Assembly (NCBI GenBank): GCA_965197745.1
Contig: CBDANS010000005.1
Span: forward strand, 160,001-224,000
Reading direction: 5' to 3'
DNA from: Opitutales bacterium
Lineage (GTDB): Bacteria > Verrucomicrobiota > Verrucomicrobiia > Opitutales > PNEW01
Length of the DNA: 64,000 bases
The notes beneath the pieces were generated by a model. That model had not been told where the DNA came from. It saw only the letters and a program-made list of their open reading frames with translations, and searched no databases. Made by a program: the position numbers and the translations under genes. This document shows, one piece after another, positions 1-9,323 of the stretch. Position 1 is the first letter of the stretch, and each line of letters opens with the position of its first letter.

Positions 1-143
1 TACTCGTTACTTATCATCCCTCTTACATCCTCCGCAACGGTTCAAATTACACTAAGCGTATCATTTGGGAAGACATGATGTTGGTGATGGAAAAGGTGGG
101 TCTGTCCATATCCGATAAGCAGCGTGAGTATTTCACGAGTTAA
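1..143 (+). CDS. uracil-DNA glycosylase family 4, C-terminal fragment (5' end outside window)
   Basis: Manual translation from nt 3: LVTYHPSYILRNGSNYTKRIIWEDMM...*; the TYHPSY-LR...KR-xWED motif is typical of family-4 UDG; not in ORF track. Confidence 0.8.
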   Translation, partial: LVTYHPSYILRNGSNYTKRIIWEDMMLVMEKVGLSISDKQREYFTS

Positions 144-182
144 TCTTGGAATAGTTAATATTGCCGAGGCTAATGCAGCCCC

Positions 183-1100
183 ATGAGTAATAAGACTCAG
201 TCAACCGGCCATAAGCTTGAAAAGCTGGTAGAGGTGGGAGTCTATGACAGTTATAAGACGGCTAATGAGTACGCATTGGTAATATTATCCATGCGTCTAT
301 CCTATTGGATGTTTCGCAAGGAGGAAAGTTATCATCTCTGTGTGGAGGAGAGACAGGTCCCGGAGGCTCTTAAACAGCTCAGAAAATATAAAAATGAAAA
401 TCGCACGATTAAGCCTCATGCCCCGGTAGAGGGGGAAGAAAAATCTGACCTCCATGTTATAGCTGTATATATATTGATCCTCATAACTTTTTACCTGGGT
501 CAGCAAAATGATCCCCAATGGGCTATGAGTAAAGCCGCTTTGGATGTGAACGCAGTAATGGAGAGGGGAGAGTGGTATCGAACAATAACGGCATTGACCC
601 TTCATGCCGATATTGGTCATCTCGCTGCCAATCTTGCAGGAGGTATGTTTTTCGGTATTTTTGTGAACCGTATGCTGGGATCCGGCCTGGGATGGTTATT
701 AATTATATTAAGTGGAATGTTGGGGAATGCCTTGAGCGTGTATATTTATTTTCCTTCCCCTCATCTTGCTATCGGTGCTTCAACCGCGATCTTCGGCGCG
801 CTGGGAATCCTTGTCGGTTTATCTCTTATTACCGGGTTTCACCCTTTTAATGCACCCACCTTACGGAGGCGTATGATTCCTCTTGTGGGAGGCCTTGTCC
901 TGCTCGCGCTGCTCGGCGCTGGGGGGATTAAAACAGATGTCCTGGCTCATGGCTGTGGCTTTATTGCTGGCATTGTGTTGGGTATGGGTGGGGCGCTGAT
1001 AAAGAAAAAAAGGCTTCAATCAAAAAGTTTTCAGCCCAGCCTGTTGATAGCCTCTTTATTAATTCTGGCACTGTCATGGACTAATGTGGTCTTTTCATGA
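183..1100 (+). CDS. rhomboid-family intramembrane serine protease with soluble N-terminal domain
   Basis: WYR...H-A-D-xx-H-L-xx-N, catalytic GAS (GASTAIFG) and downstream AH-xx-G; multiple TM segments. Confidence 0.9.
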   Translation: MSNKTQSTGHKLEKLVEVGVYDSYKTANEYALVILSMRLSYWMFRKEESYHLCVEERQVPEALKQLRKYKNENRTIKPHAPVEGEEKSDLHVIAVYILILITFYLGQQNDPQWAMSKAALDVNAVMERGEWYRTITALTLHADIGHLAANLAGGMFFGIFVNRMLGSGLGWLLIILSGMLGNALSVYIYFPSPHLAIGASTAIFGALGILVGLSLITGFHPFNAPTLRRRMIPLVGGLVLLALLGAGGIKTDVLAHGCGFIAGIVLGMGGALIKKKRLQSKSFQPSLLIASLLILALSWTNVVFS

Positions 1101-1185
1101 TACTTTTAAGATCGAGCGCTTGCCAGAACACTTATCTTGAGCTTCTCATAGAATGAATATAAATCTTACTTAAAAATAATAAATT

Positions 1186-2112
1186 ATGAGTATTATTAAA
1201 GTTACCGTTGCCTCACTTCAATCGTTGCTCATTGACCCTCAAAAAAATCTTGAGCGGGTAATTAAGGCATGTCGCGCTGGCCATGAAGAGGGAACACGCA
1301 TGGTATTCCTCCCGGAGTTAATGCTTACGGGTCATGGAGGGCATCCGACGATGATGGAAAACGCCGAACCGATCCCGGACGGACCACTGTGTCAAGCCAT
1401 CCTGGAATTATCCAGGGAATTAAATATTTGTATCTGTGTGGGCATGGCTGAGAAAACGAGAAGTAATGTTTACAACAGTCAATTGGTTGTCGACCGAGGT
1501 GAATATCTGGGCTTGCAAAGGAAAATTTACCTTTCGATGGACGAATATAATTTTTTTGGCCCCGGTCAGAGCGTTGAGGTATTTGATATCGGAGAACTTA
1601 AATTCGGTATTACCATCTGCTATGACAATTGTTTTCCAGAAATGGCACTCATCCATGCCCTCAATAAGGTTGATCTCATTCTCGCCCCGCATGCCGGAAG
1701 ATCGGGCATATGGCCGAATAAGTTAACCCCGGAATTTTGCGCCGAGAAGATTCAGGTACAGCAGGATCTTTGGAGGAAACCACACAGGGCAAGAGCGGAT
1801 GACCATAACGTGTTTGTTCTCTGCAATAATGCGGTGGGCCCCTCAACAACCGGATTGAAGGACCTCGATTCCTATGAAAAGGATTATACGACGGGAGTGG
1901 ATCCTCGTAATGTTGTCGCGAACCACGCCGGGACGGTGATGGGGTTCGATCCCACCGGAGAAGTTTTTCTAAAGACCTCGGCAACTGAGTTTATCGACGA
2001 AATCGTCACCGTGGATATTGACCTGAACAAGCGTGTTAAAAACCACCAGACTTCACAGAACAGGCAGCCTAATTTGCTATTAAGACTGATCGAAGACAGC
2101 GTAATGAGATAA
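1186..2112 (+). CDS. carbon-nitrogen hydrolase (nitrilase superfamily)
   Basis: E-K-C triad motifs FLPEL, QRKIYL, ICYD. Confidence 0.9.
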   Translation: MSIIKVTVASLQSLLIDPQKNLERVIKACRAGHEEGTRMVFLPELMLTGHGGHPTMMENAEPIPDGPLCQAILELSRELNICICVGMAEKTRSNVYNSQLVVDRGEYLGLQRKIYLSMDEYNFFGPGQSVEVFDIGELKFGITICYDNCFPEMALIHALNKVDLILAPHAGRSGIWPNKLTPEFCAEKIQVQQDLWRKPHRARADDHNVFVLCNNAVGPSTTGLKDLDSYEKDYTTGVDPRNVVANHAGTVMGFDPTGEVFLKTSATEFIDEIVTVDIDLNKRVKNHQTSQNRQPNLLLRLIEDSVMR

Positions 2113-2165
2113 ACGTTTTAAGACTTAAAGCGGATAGACCTGTTAGCCGCTTATAGAATCAATAA

Positions 2166-3590
2166 ATGGAGTCTGACAATTCAACGGAAAGTATTGACGC
2201 TTTGTGTGTAGAACCCTTCGGATTTAAAGGGATTATTGGTGTTGCTAGACGGGATATTACGCCTCCAATCGGGATTTATGCACGTCAATGGGGAGCGGCG
2301 TCGCATGACGTTGCAGAGGGGATTCATCGCCCTCTTTGTGTCACTGTTCTGTCAATAAGCGCCCGTATCGAAAATGCCCCGCTGGTCCTTATCGCCTTGG
2401 ATGCCGGCTGGTTTAGAGACACTGAAGACGAACTCTATATAAGGGAATCCGTTCTCGATGCAATGAATCTCGACCCTTCCAGGGTGATGCTCAATTTAAG
2501 TCATACCCATGCTGCGTGTTCAGTCAGTTCTTCAGATGCAAACAAACCAGGCGGACATTTAATAAAACCGTACCTGGAAAAAATACGCGAAGCAACGACG
2601 GAAGCTGCACTGGAAGCACATAACGATACCTGCCCAGCCAGTATCAGCTGGGTGATGGGTTCCTGCAAACTCGCGTCGAACCGCGATCTGCCGGATCCCA
2701 AACAAGATAAGAACAGAATTATCTGTGGATATAACCCTGAAAATGACGCGGACGATACGCTTCTTGTCGGCAGGGTTACGCGGGATTCAGATGATAAAAT
2801 TTTCGCGGTCATTTTTAATTATGCCTGCCATCCAACAACACTGGCGTGGGAAAATCGATTGATTTCCCCCGATTATGTTGGTGCGGCGCGAGAATTAATT
2901 GAGGCACAAACTGACGGTGCTCACAGCCTATTTCTTCAGGGAGCATCAGGTGAACTGGCCCCAAATCTACAGTATACGGGAGATACATCCGTTGCCGATC
3001 GCCACGGCAGACAATTGGGCTATTCCGTATTAAGTGCACTGGAGTCCATGTTACCTGCTGGCCAGAGGATGCGTTTCGGCGAAGCAGTAGAATCGGGAGC
3101 ACCGCTGGCTATTTGGAACACGGAAATGTATAGTATGCCCGATGATCTCGAAAGCTTTACCTTTTCAGTGGAACTTCCGGTAAAACCACAACCTGCAGTC
3201 GAAGAAATTGAAAAGGAATTGAAAAGCTGTGACGATCGAGTCATGGGTGAGCGTCTCAGGCGAAAAATTGCGCGCCTTAGAATCCTGGATGGGAAAAACA
3301 CGATTGAAACACCTGTTTTTGTCTGGCGTGTCGGTCAGGCGATTTTTATTGGACAAACCAATGAGTGTTATTCGAATTTCCAGATCGATTTGAGAAAAAG
3401 ATTCTCTCGTCATGCGGTTATAGTCATGAATCTGACTAATAGCACTGCTTTGAGTTATCTCTATCCCAGGGAAAAAGGAGAAGAGGATATCTATCAAGTG
3501 TGGGTAAGTCCATTCGGCCGTGAGGCATTGCCGATATTAACCCAGGCATGTATCGACCATCTGGCTGAAAAAATACCGAGCTCATCTTAA
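2166..3590 (+). CDS. neutral/alkaline ceramidase-like hydrolase
   Basis: DITPP, SHTHA, NYACHPTTL, ISPDY, FLQGASG motifs. Confidence 0.7.
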   Translation: MESDNSTESIDALCVEPFGFKGIIGVARRDITPPIGIYARQWGAASHDVAEGIHRPLCVTVLSISARIENAPLVLIALDAGWFRDTEDELYIRESVLDAMNLDPSRVMLNLSHTHAACSVSSSDANKPGGHLIKPYLEKIREATTEAALEAHNDTCPASISWVMGSCKLASNRDLPDPKQDKNRIICGYNPENDADDTLLVGRVTRDSDDKIFAVIFNYACHPTTLAWENRLISPDYVGAARELIEAQTDGAHSLFLQGASGELAPNLQYTGDTSVADRHGRQLGYSVLSALESMLPAGQRMRFGEAVESGAPLAIWNTEMYSMPDDLESFTFSVELPVKPQPAVEEIEKELKSCDDRVMGERLRRKIARLRILDGKNTIETPVFVWRVGQAIFIGQTNECYSNFQIDLRKRFSRHAVIVMNLTNSTALSYLYPREKGEEDIYQVWVSPFGREALPILTQACIDHLAEKIPSSS

Positions 3591-3723
3591 TAGTTATTTA
3601 AGTGAGGAAAGGAAATATTATTCTAATCATCCTTGCTTTAATACCGTTAGCTTGGATGCTTTATCCGATGCCTGCTAACGGTGTCCCGTGTTTACCAGAA
3701 TAAACCGGTAATGCCGGATGTGA

Positions 3724-4719
3724 TCACGACCAGTTAATTATGACTCCGACCATATCAAGTTCGCCTTCATCCAGGCGTCGATAGGCTTCACCTATTTCGC
3801 TCCATGGAAAATGGTGGGTAATTATGGGAGCGAGCGAGAGCTTTCCCTTTTCGAAGAGTTTTAAATTTAAGATCATTGTATTATTATGATCCCATCGTTG
3901 TCCTTCAGGATCTGCGATGTAGGAAGAAACCAAAGATACATCTTTTCCGAGGTAGGGGTCATTAACGGGGCTGAAGTTCGGCATGTCAGTGTGACGGGCG
4001 ACGACCACGACTTTACCTCCTGGACGGGCAATTTCCATACTGGTTTGAATAGCAGGCCAGACTGACGCGGCTTCAATGACAAGATCGGCGCCTCTTCCAT
4101 CACAAAAATCAAGCACTTGCTGATTAAAATCTTTTTCATGGGGACTGATGGCAAGATCGGCTCCCAATTTTCGGGAAATCTCCAGACGTGATTCATGCTG
4201 GTCGATGGCTATACAGGGGTGGCCAAAAGCCTGGCATAAGGCAAGGGTGGATTGCCCGATAACGCCCTGACCAACGATAGCCACTGTTTCTCCGGGGGTG
4301 GGATTGCCTCGGCGTATTGCCGTCTGGGTGACGCGAAGCAGACTTAAAAACACGGCTTCCTCATCTTTGATACTCGATGGTAATTTAACCGCATCCTTCG
4401 CCAGATCTACCGCATATTCGCCATGGGGCTGAGCGACAAAGGCACGATCACCCACCGCGAAGTTATTCACTTTCGCTCCTGTTTCCACGACTTCGCCGAC
4501 CATTGAGTATCCATTAACGCAGGGTAGTTCATAGGGATAATTGGTATGCAAAAATTTCCCTTCTTTATCCACGGGAATTGCCCGATAGACGCGAATTTCA
4601 GTACCGGTGCTCACAGCGGTAATTTTTGCTTTAACGATAATGCCATCTTGCGGGCATTCCGGGGTGGGCACTTCCTGGAATTCCACCTGGCGGGGTCCTG
4701 TAACGAATAACTGTTTCAT
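3724..4719 (-). CDS. medium-chain (zinc-binding type) alcohol dehydrogenase
   Basis: STGTE, GYSMVG, Rossmann VGQGVIG, GADLVIEA. Confidence 0.85.
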   Translation of the reverse strand: MKQLFVTGPRQVEFQEVPTPECPQDGIIVKAKITAVSTGTEIRVYRAIPVDKEGKFLHTNYPYELPCVNGYSMVGEVVETGAKVNNFAVGDRAFVAQPHGEYAVDLAKDAVKLPSSIKDEEAVFLSLLRVTQTAIRRGNPTPGETVAIVGQGVIGQSTLALCQAFGHPCIAIDQHESRLEISRKLGADLAISPHEKDFNQQVLDFCDGRGADLVIEAASVWPAIQTSMEIARPGGKVVVVARHTDMPNFSPVNDPYLGKDVSLVSSYIADPEGQRWDHNNTMILNLKLFEKGKLSLAPIITHHFPWSEIGEAYRRLDEGELDMVGVIINWS

Positions 4720-4831
4720 TGTTTAATTCAAGAATATGCAAAGGTGCGTTCTAGTTGAGATAGAATTTAGATTAAGGAACCAACGTTTTATCATTCCAGG
4801 GTAAAGGAGGGGTATCGATTGAAGTATTGTG

Positions 4832-5659
4832 CTATTCCGTTTGCACCCAATGGCGATAGAGCGGTTTCACATTATCGGGTAAGTGATCGTAGGTTTCATG
4901 CGTAACTGCCGCCTGTTCTTTTTCCGTTAAATTATGTTCTTTAGCAATCAACGTCCGCTCTTTGGAATTTGGTTTAATTAAATCCAGGTTTAACCACCAG
5001 GGTGCAAATCTGACGGCGATGGCGACGCGTGCTTTATCAGTTCTGTTTACCGCTCTCGCATGCCATATCTGACTGTTTAAAATTAAGACGCTTCCAGCCG
5101 ACCCCGTTGCCTGCACCTCGTCGGGGTATGATTTCAATCGATTGTTATCTTCACCCTTTTGCGTGGGATTCGTGGGTAATTTATGGCTGCGCGGTCTGAT
5201 TAGCGTGCCACCGTTTGCATTGTTGAAGGGAGTGAAAAACCATAGAGTTGTGAGATGAAAAATGGCCTCCGTTGGATAGGGAGCTAAAATATGGCCTACA
5301 TTATTTGCATTAAATGGCCAATCTGAATGCCAGATACCCCGTACATTGTCCGATTCATTAACGATTGCCGTGGTGAAAGAGATGCGCACGTGTTTACCAA
5401 GGAGCGTTTCCACGACTGCCTTCAATCGAGGGTCAGCTAGGTAAGGAGTGAATGACTGGTAATGATTTATAAATCCTGGAGCCGAGGTGTGCCCCTTGGG
5501 GTTATCTTTAACACTGTTATTACGAGACAGTTCCAGAATTTCATCACCCATAATCAAAGCCTTATCTTCGGGTATGACCCCTTCTAACAGTCCCCAGCCA
5601 TCTTCACGTATCTGTTCTGCAATTTCCGTATTCGTCATTTCCACTGTAACAATCTTCAA
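4832..5659 (-). CDS. phytanoyl-CoA dioxygenase-family Fe(II)/2OG oxygenase
   Basis: WHSD (HxD), NGGT...SH, GSVLIL...WH...N...R. Confidence 0.85.
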   Translation of the reverse strand: MKIVTVEMTNTEIAEQIREDGWGLLEGVIPEDKALIMGDEILELSRNNSVKDNPKGHTSAPGFINHYQSFTPYLADPRLKAVVETLLGKHVRISFTTAIVNESDNVRGIWHSDWPFNANNVGHILAPYPTEAIFHLTTLWFFTPFNNANGGTLIRPRSHKLPTNPTQKGEDNNRLKSYPDEVQATGSAGSVLILNSQIWHARAVNRTDKARVAIAVRFAPWWLNLDLIKPNSKERTLIAKEHNLTEKEQAAVTHETYDHLPDNVKPLYRHWVQTE

Positions 5660-5783
5660 TTTTGAGTGATTGTAAATTATTGAATTTAAACCTGTTTCTG
5701 GTTGTTTTTAAAATGCAGAACGATTGTTATTAATACTCACAATATTTCAACGGAATATTTAAACGTTATAAAATAGATCAAAA

Positions 5784-8009
5784 ATGGATAGATATATGCT
5801 TAATATTGCGCTCATCTTCGGACTCACCGGATTGCTCAATGCACAACCGGAGACACTTGATAACTTTATTGATTTTGAGACCGCTGAAGGTTCAGGTGAT
5901 TTTATTCTCGGTGAATCGCCAAACACTGTCCGTTTTATCAATTTTAATTTACTATCGGTGGGGAATCCCAACCTCTATCATTCGGGCAGTAAAGCAGCGA
6001 TGCTGGCACCCGGGGCAGCTGAAGGTAAAATCATTTTTGAACGAGGGGTAAATTTTCTTCAGTTCTATGCAGCTGAGACAAATGGCGCCGGGCGTATCGA
6101 ACTCAGGGACAAAAACGCTTTTCAGATACAAGATAACGGTTTGGTAGAGGGTCTGCCGACGAATATCAGCCCGGGATCAAATCCTCTGCTGCAAAGTTTT
6201 GTTGCCTTTAGCGGGGATCCCAATGATCTTGCGGATCTTAATTTCACCAACGGTATTAAAGAAATCAAAATTCTAAATACCTCCGGTCAATTCGCCCTGG
6301 ATGATCTTGGTTTTACCTATGTCGAAGGTCCGCCGAACAACACTGTATTTGAAGATTTCGAAAATGTAGATACGGACCCAGCATTTTCTAACAAAGTAAA
6401 TTTTACTTTAGGACAATCTCCAGTAACAGCCAACTTTAGCGGCGGCATCGCTCGACCGATTGATACTAACCAGGGTTTTGTCGCCTTTAATCACACCCAC
6501 CCGATAAAACCTATCGTCATTGGAGCTAATGTGGATGGGGCAGGTGGCTGGGTTGTGACAAATGATGATGCGGGGACGATTACTTTTGAAACACCCGCAG
6601 CTCAAGTGCAGTTTTACGCCGCGGTCTTTATTTTGGGAGATGGTGAGATCAATGTCTTTGATACCGAGGACAATCTTTTAACTTCGACTACAGATATCCC
6701 CCAGAGCATTTCTATTACTTCTCCAGTCCCTTTTACCTATTTTGATTTCAATGCCGAGGCTTTAGGAGCACCCGGAGGAATAGGGAAAATAACTTATACC
6801 AATAGCGCGCAAATCACGATAAGTGGATCCTTTTTTGAAATTGTTCTTGATGATATAGGCTTTACACCGATAGGAGCTCCAAGTGATGGCGGAGGTGGAC
6901 CGAGTGCTCCCTTCATTACCACCCAAACGGCGAGCCAGGAAGTGCAGTCTGGTACCGCTGTTGTCTTATCCGTGGCGGCCAGCGGTGATGACCTTACCTA
7001 CCAGTGGTATACCGGCAACAGCGGTGACACCGCAACTCCGGTCGCCGGCGCCACCGGCAACACGCTTATTACCGGTGCGCTTACCACGAGCACGAACTAC
7101 TGGGTACAGGTAACAAACGCCGGTGGTACCGCTGACAGCGACACCGCGGCTATCACCGTAGCAGCACCTTCCATCCCCCTCGTTCTCGACGGCTCAGGCG
7201 ATATCGCCGGTGAAGACATTCAGCATGCCAACGGCAACGTCTTCGACCAGATACTACTCACCGGAGAGTCCGTCCAACTCCAGGCCAAATCGGGACAGAT
7301 CACCCGCGTTTCCTTCATGGACGAAAACGAAGACATTGTGCAGGTAGAGTTCTCAGGTAACGGTACCTTTACCGTATCCCTCGACCCGGCCACTTTTCTG
7401 CCTCCGGCCGTCCCCCCACGCTACAACCAGGCCGTCGAATATGTGACGGGCAAGCCGAGCGTGGTCATCGATGGAGCGGACTCCAGTACCTTCTTCAGCA
7501 TTTTTACGGTGGGAAGGATCAACGCCTTTAACCAGGCACTGTTCCCCGAAGGACAGGTCTATGATGCCCAGGCCGACGTGACGCTCGTGGAAGTAGTCAA
7601 CTCCACGGGACTGGGAGGGGTACAGTTATCGAATACCGTGTTCAGTGGAAGCACGGGCAAGGTCGGCTTCGATGCGCGTGGAGTACCGATCGCGGTACGC
7701 TTAACGGTAGGTGACATCGATGCCAGTGGCGATGCGGTACCCCACCTCCTGTTTGGAGATGGGTCCTTCACGGTACCGGCGGGCAACCCCGGGATGCGGA
7801 TCACCGGAGGAGACCTCTTGCAGACCAACGGCGCTGCGGTCGTCGTGGCGGAGAGTGGTTCGACAACGACTGGGTTTGAGACCCTGATCACCCAGAACAA
7901 CTTCAAGTCCGACAACACCCCTCAGCCGACACTGAGCATTGATGCCACCTTCGCCAACGAAGACGGGGATGTGATCGAGGTTACGACTGAAGAGTTGACG
8001 ATTGAATGA
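5784..8009 (+). CDS. secreted modular protein, paralog P1: two tandem N-terminal repeat domains + Ig-like domain + conserved ~277-aa C-terminal domain
   Basis: Signal-peptide-like N-terminus; Ig-like segment PFITTQ...LTYQWY...YWVQVTN; clear homology to 44659..46614 and 58741..60969. Confidence 0.85.
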   Translation: MDRYMLNIALIFGLTGLLNAQPETLDNFIDFETAEGSGDFILGESPNTVRFINFNLLSVGNPNLYHSGSKAAMLAPGAAEGKIIFERGVNFLQFYAAETNGAGRIELRDKNAFQIQDNGLVEGLPTNISPGSNPLLQSFVAFSGDPNDLADLNFTNGIKEIKILNTSGQFALDDLGFTYVEGPPNNTVFEDFENVDTDPAFSNKVNFTLGQSPVTANFSGGIARPIDTNQGFVAFNHTHPIKPIVIGANVDGAGGWVVTNDDAGTITFETPAAQVQFYAAVFILGDGEINVFDTEDNLLTSTTDIPQSISITSPVPFTYFDFNAEALGAPGGIGKITYTNSAQITISGSFFEIVLDDIGFTPIGAPSDGGGGPSAPFITTQTASQEVQSGTAVVLSVAASGDDLTYQWYTGNSGDTATPVAGATGNTLITGALTTSTNYWVQVTNAGGTADSDTAAITVAAPSIPLVLDGSGDIAGEDIQHANGNVFDQILLTGESVQLQAKSGQITRVSFMDENEDIVQVEFSGNGTFTVSLDPATFLPPAVPPRYNQAVEYVTGKPSVVIDGADSSTFFSIFTVGRINAFNQALFPEGQVYDAQADVTLVEVVNSTGLGGVQLSNTVFSGSTGKVGFDARGVPIAVRLTVGDIDASGDAVPHLLFGDGSFTVPAGNPGMRITGGDLLQTNGAAVVVAESGSTTTGFETLITQNNFKSDNTPQPTLSIDATFANEDGDVIEVTTEELTIE

Positions 8010-8335
8010 GGAGTGATCTATCGATCAGTTTTAGCCGCCGTCGTCCCGCGGGTGCGGGACTATGGCGTGCCATGGGTGTTAAGTTTTAAGTGTTAAGGTG
8101 GAACCGCGCGTTCCATCACTTTTGTCATTACGAACATCCCGACACCTCGATAGACGAAGCTATCGAGTGCAGCGACAGCAGGAAGACATCTACCATTCCG
8201 GGGAAATGTCTGTTGTCTACCCTGTGCAGGAGTATAAGAGGATTCGAGATTTGCTATCTATTGCTTTTACTACGATCACTCCTTGAGTTCTGATCGGTAT
8301 TGTGCTTATGCATAGGACCATCTTTTTTACGGTCT

Positions 8336-9238
8336 ATGCCCAAAGAGAATTTAAAAAGCATTGAGGTATTTTCACCTGCCAAGGTAAATTTACTCTTGGC
8401 GGTTACCTCAAAACGTTCGGATGATTACCATAATCTTATTTCCCTCGTAGCGCCGTTGCGCTATGGCGACACACTTTGGTTATCGCCGCACAATAAGGGT
8501 GAAACGGACCATTTGGAGTGTGATAATCCGTATCTCGATTGTGGGGAACAAAATCTTATCCTGCGCGCAGCGTCTGAATACCGGGTTCATAATCCCTTGC
8601 CCTGTGGTTTTAAAATAAAATTGGTAAAACGAATTCCTATAGGATCGGGATTAGGGGGTGGCAGCAGTAATGCGGTGGCAATGCTTAAAGGATTAAACAT
8701 GTTTGCGGAAAAACCGCTCAGTGAGAACAAATTGCTGGAAATATCAATTCGCTTAGGATCCGACTGCCCCCTCTTTCTTTATAATAAACCCCTGGTAATT
8801 CGCGGTCGCGGTGAAATTCTAGAAACATTGCCCACGGATATAACAACAAAAATGTCAGGTCTTCCCCTTCTCCTCTTTAGTCCTGATTACGGTATAAGTA
8901 CAGCATGGGCATATCGCCAATTTAGAGTAAAGGGTAATTCTTTATTTGCTTCAGAATCTGAAATCGAAACAAAGCTGAAAAATTGGGAAAAGAATAATGA
9001 TGATATATCCAGTATTCTTTTTAACAGCATGGAGAAAGTTGTCTTTGATAAATTTCTCGATTTACCCATTATTATAGATACCCTTCGAAAAGATTATAAA
9101 TTGGCGTGCCAGCTAAGTGGATCGGGGAGCGCTTGTTTTGCATTGTTACCCAACTCATATAATCGCGAAGCGATATATGATTCGATACACAGGGCGTGGG
9201 GCGAATCTGCGTTTATAGTTGAAAGCTCAATTATTTGA
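8336..9238 (+). CDS. ispE: 4-diphosphocytidyl-2-C-methyl-D-erythritol kinase
   Basis: PAKVNL, IPIGSGLGGGSSNA, LGSDCP, LSGSGSACF; ATG at 8336 preferred over TTG at 8300. Confidence 0.95.
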   Translation: MPKENLKSIEVFSPAKVNLLLAVTSKRSDDYHNLISLVAPLRYGDTLWLSPHNKGETDHLECDNPYLDCGEQNLILRAASEYRVHNPLPCGFKIKLVKRIPIGSGLGGGSSNAVAMLKGLNMFAEKPLSENKLLEISIRLGSDCPLFLYNKPLVIRGRGEILETLPTDITTKMSGLPLLLFSPDYGISTAWAYRQFRVKGNSLFASESEIETKLKNWEKNNDDISSILFNSMEKVVFDKFLDLPIIIDTLRKDYKLACQLSGSGSACFALLPNSYNREAIYDSIHRAWGESAFIVESSII

Positions 9239-9323
9239 GTCTTAACTAACACGGCTGGTGGTAAAATAGTTTCATTGGGAACTATGTTATCAGTGATATT
9301 TTTAATTAATCTGTGTCCTGGGC

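Noticed and set aside
183..1100. Rhombosortase paired with the C-terminally anchored protein at 49729
   Set aside because: No GlyGly-CTERM motif in that protein, the genes are 49 kb apart, and the rhomboid looks generic.
3644..3682. Riboswitch in the CCGTTAGC...GCTAACGG hairpin
   Set aside because: Lies between convergent 3' ends with no recognisable aptamer; at most a terminator-like stem.
7559..7918. Conserved antisense ORF (similar one at 60519..60875)
   Set aside because: Similarity follows from the sense-strand paralogy and GC-rich codon usage; no independent evidence of coding.
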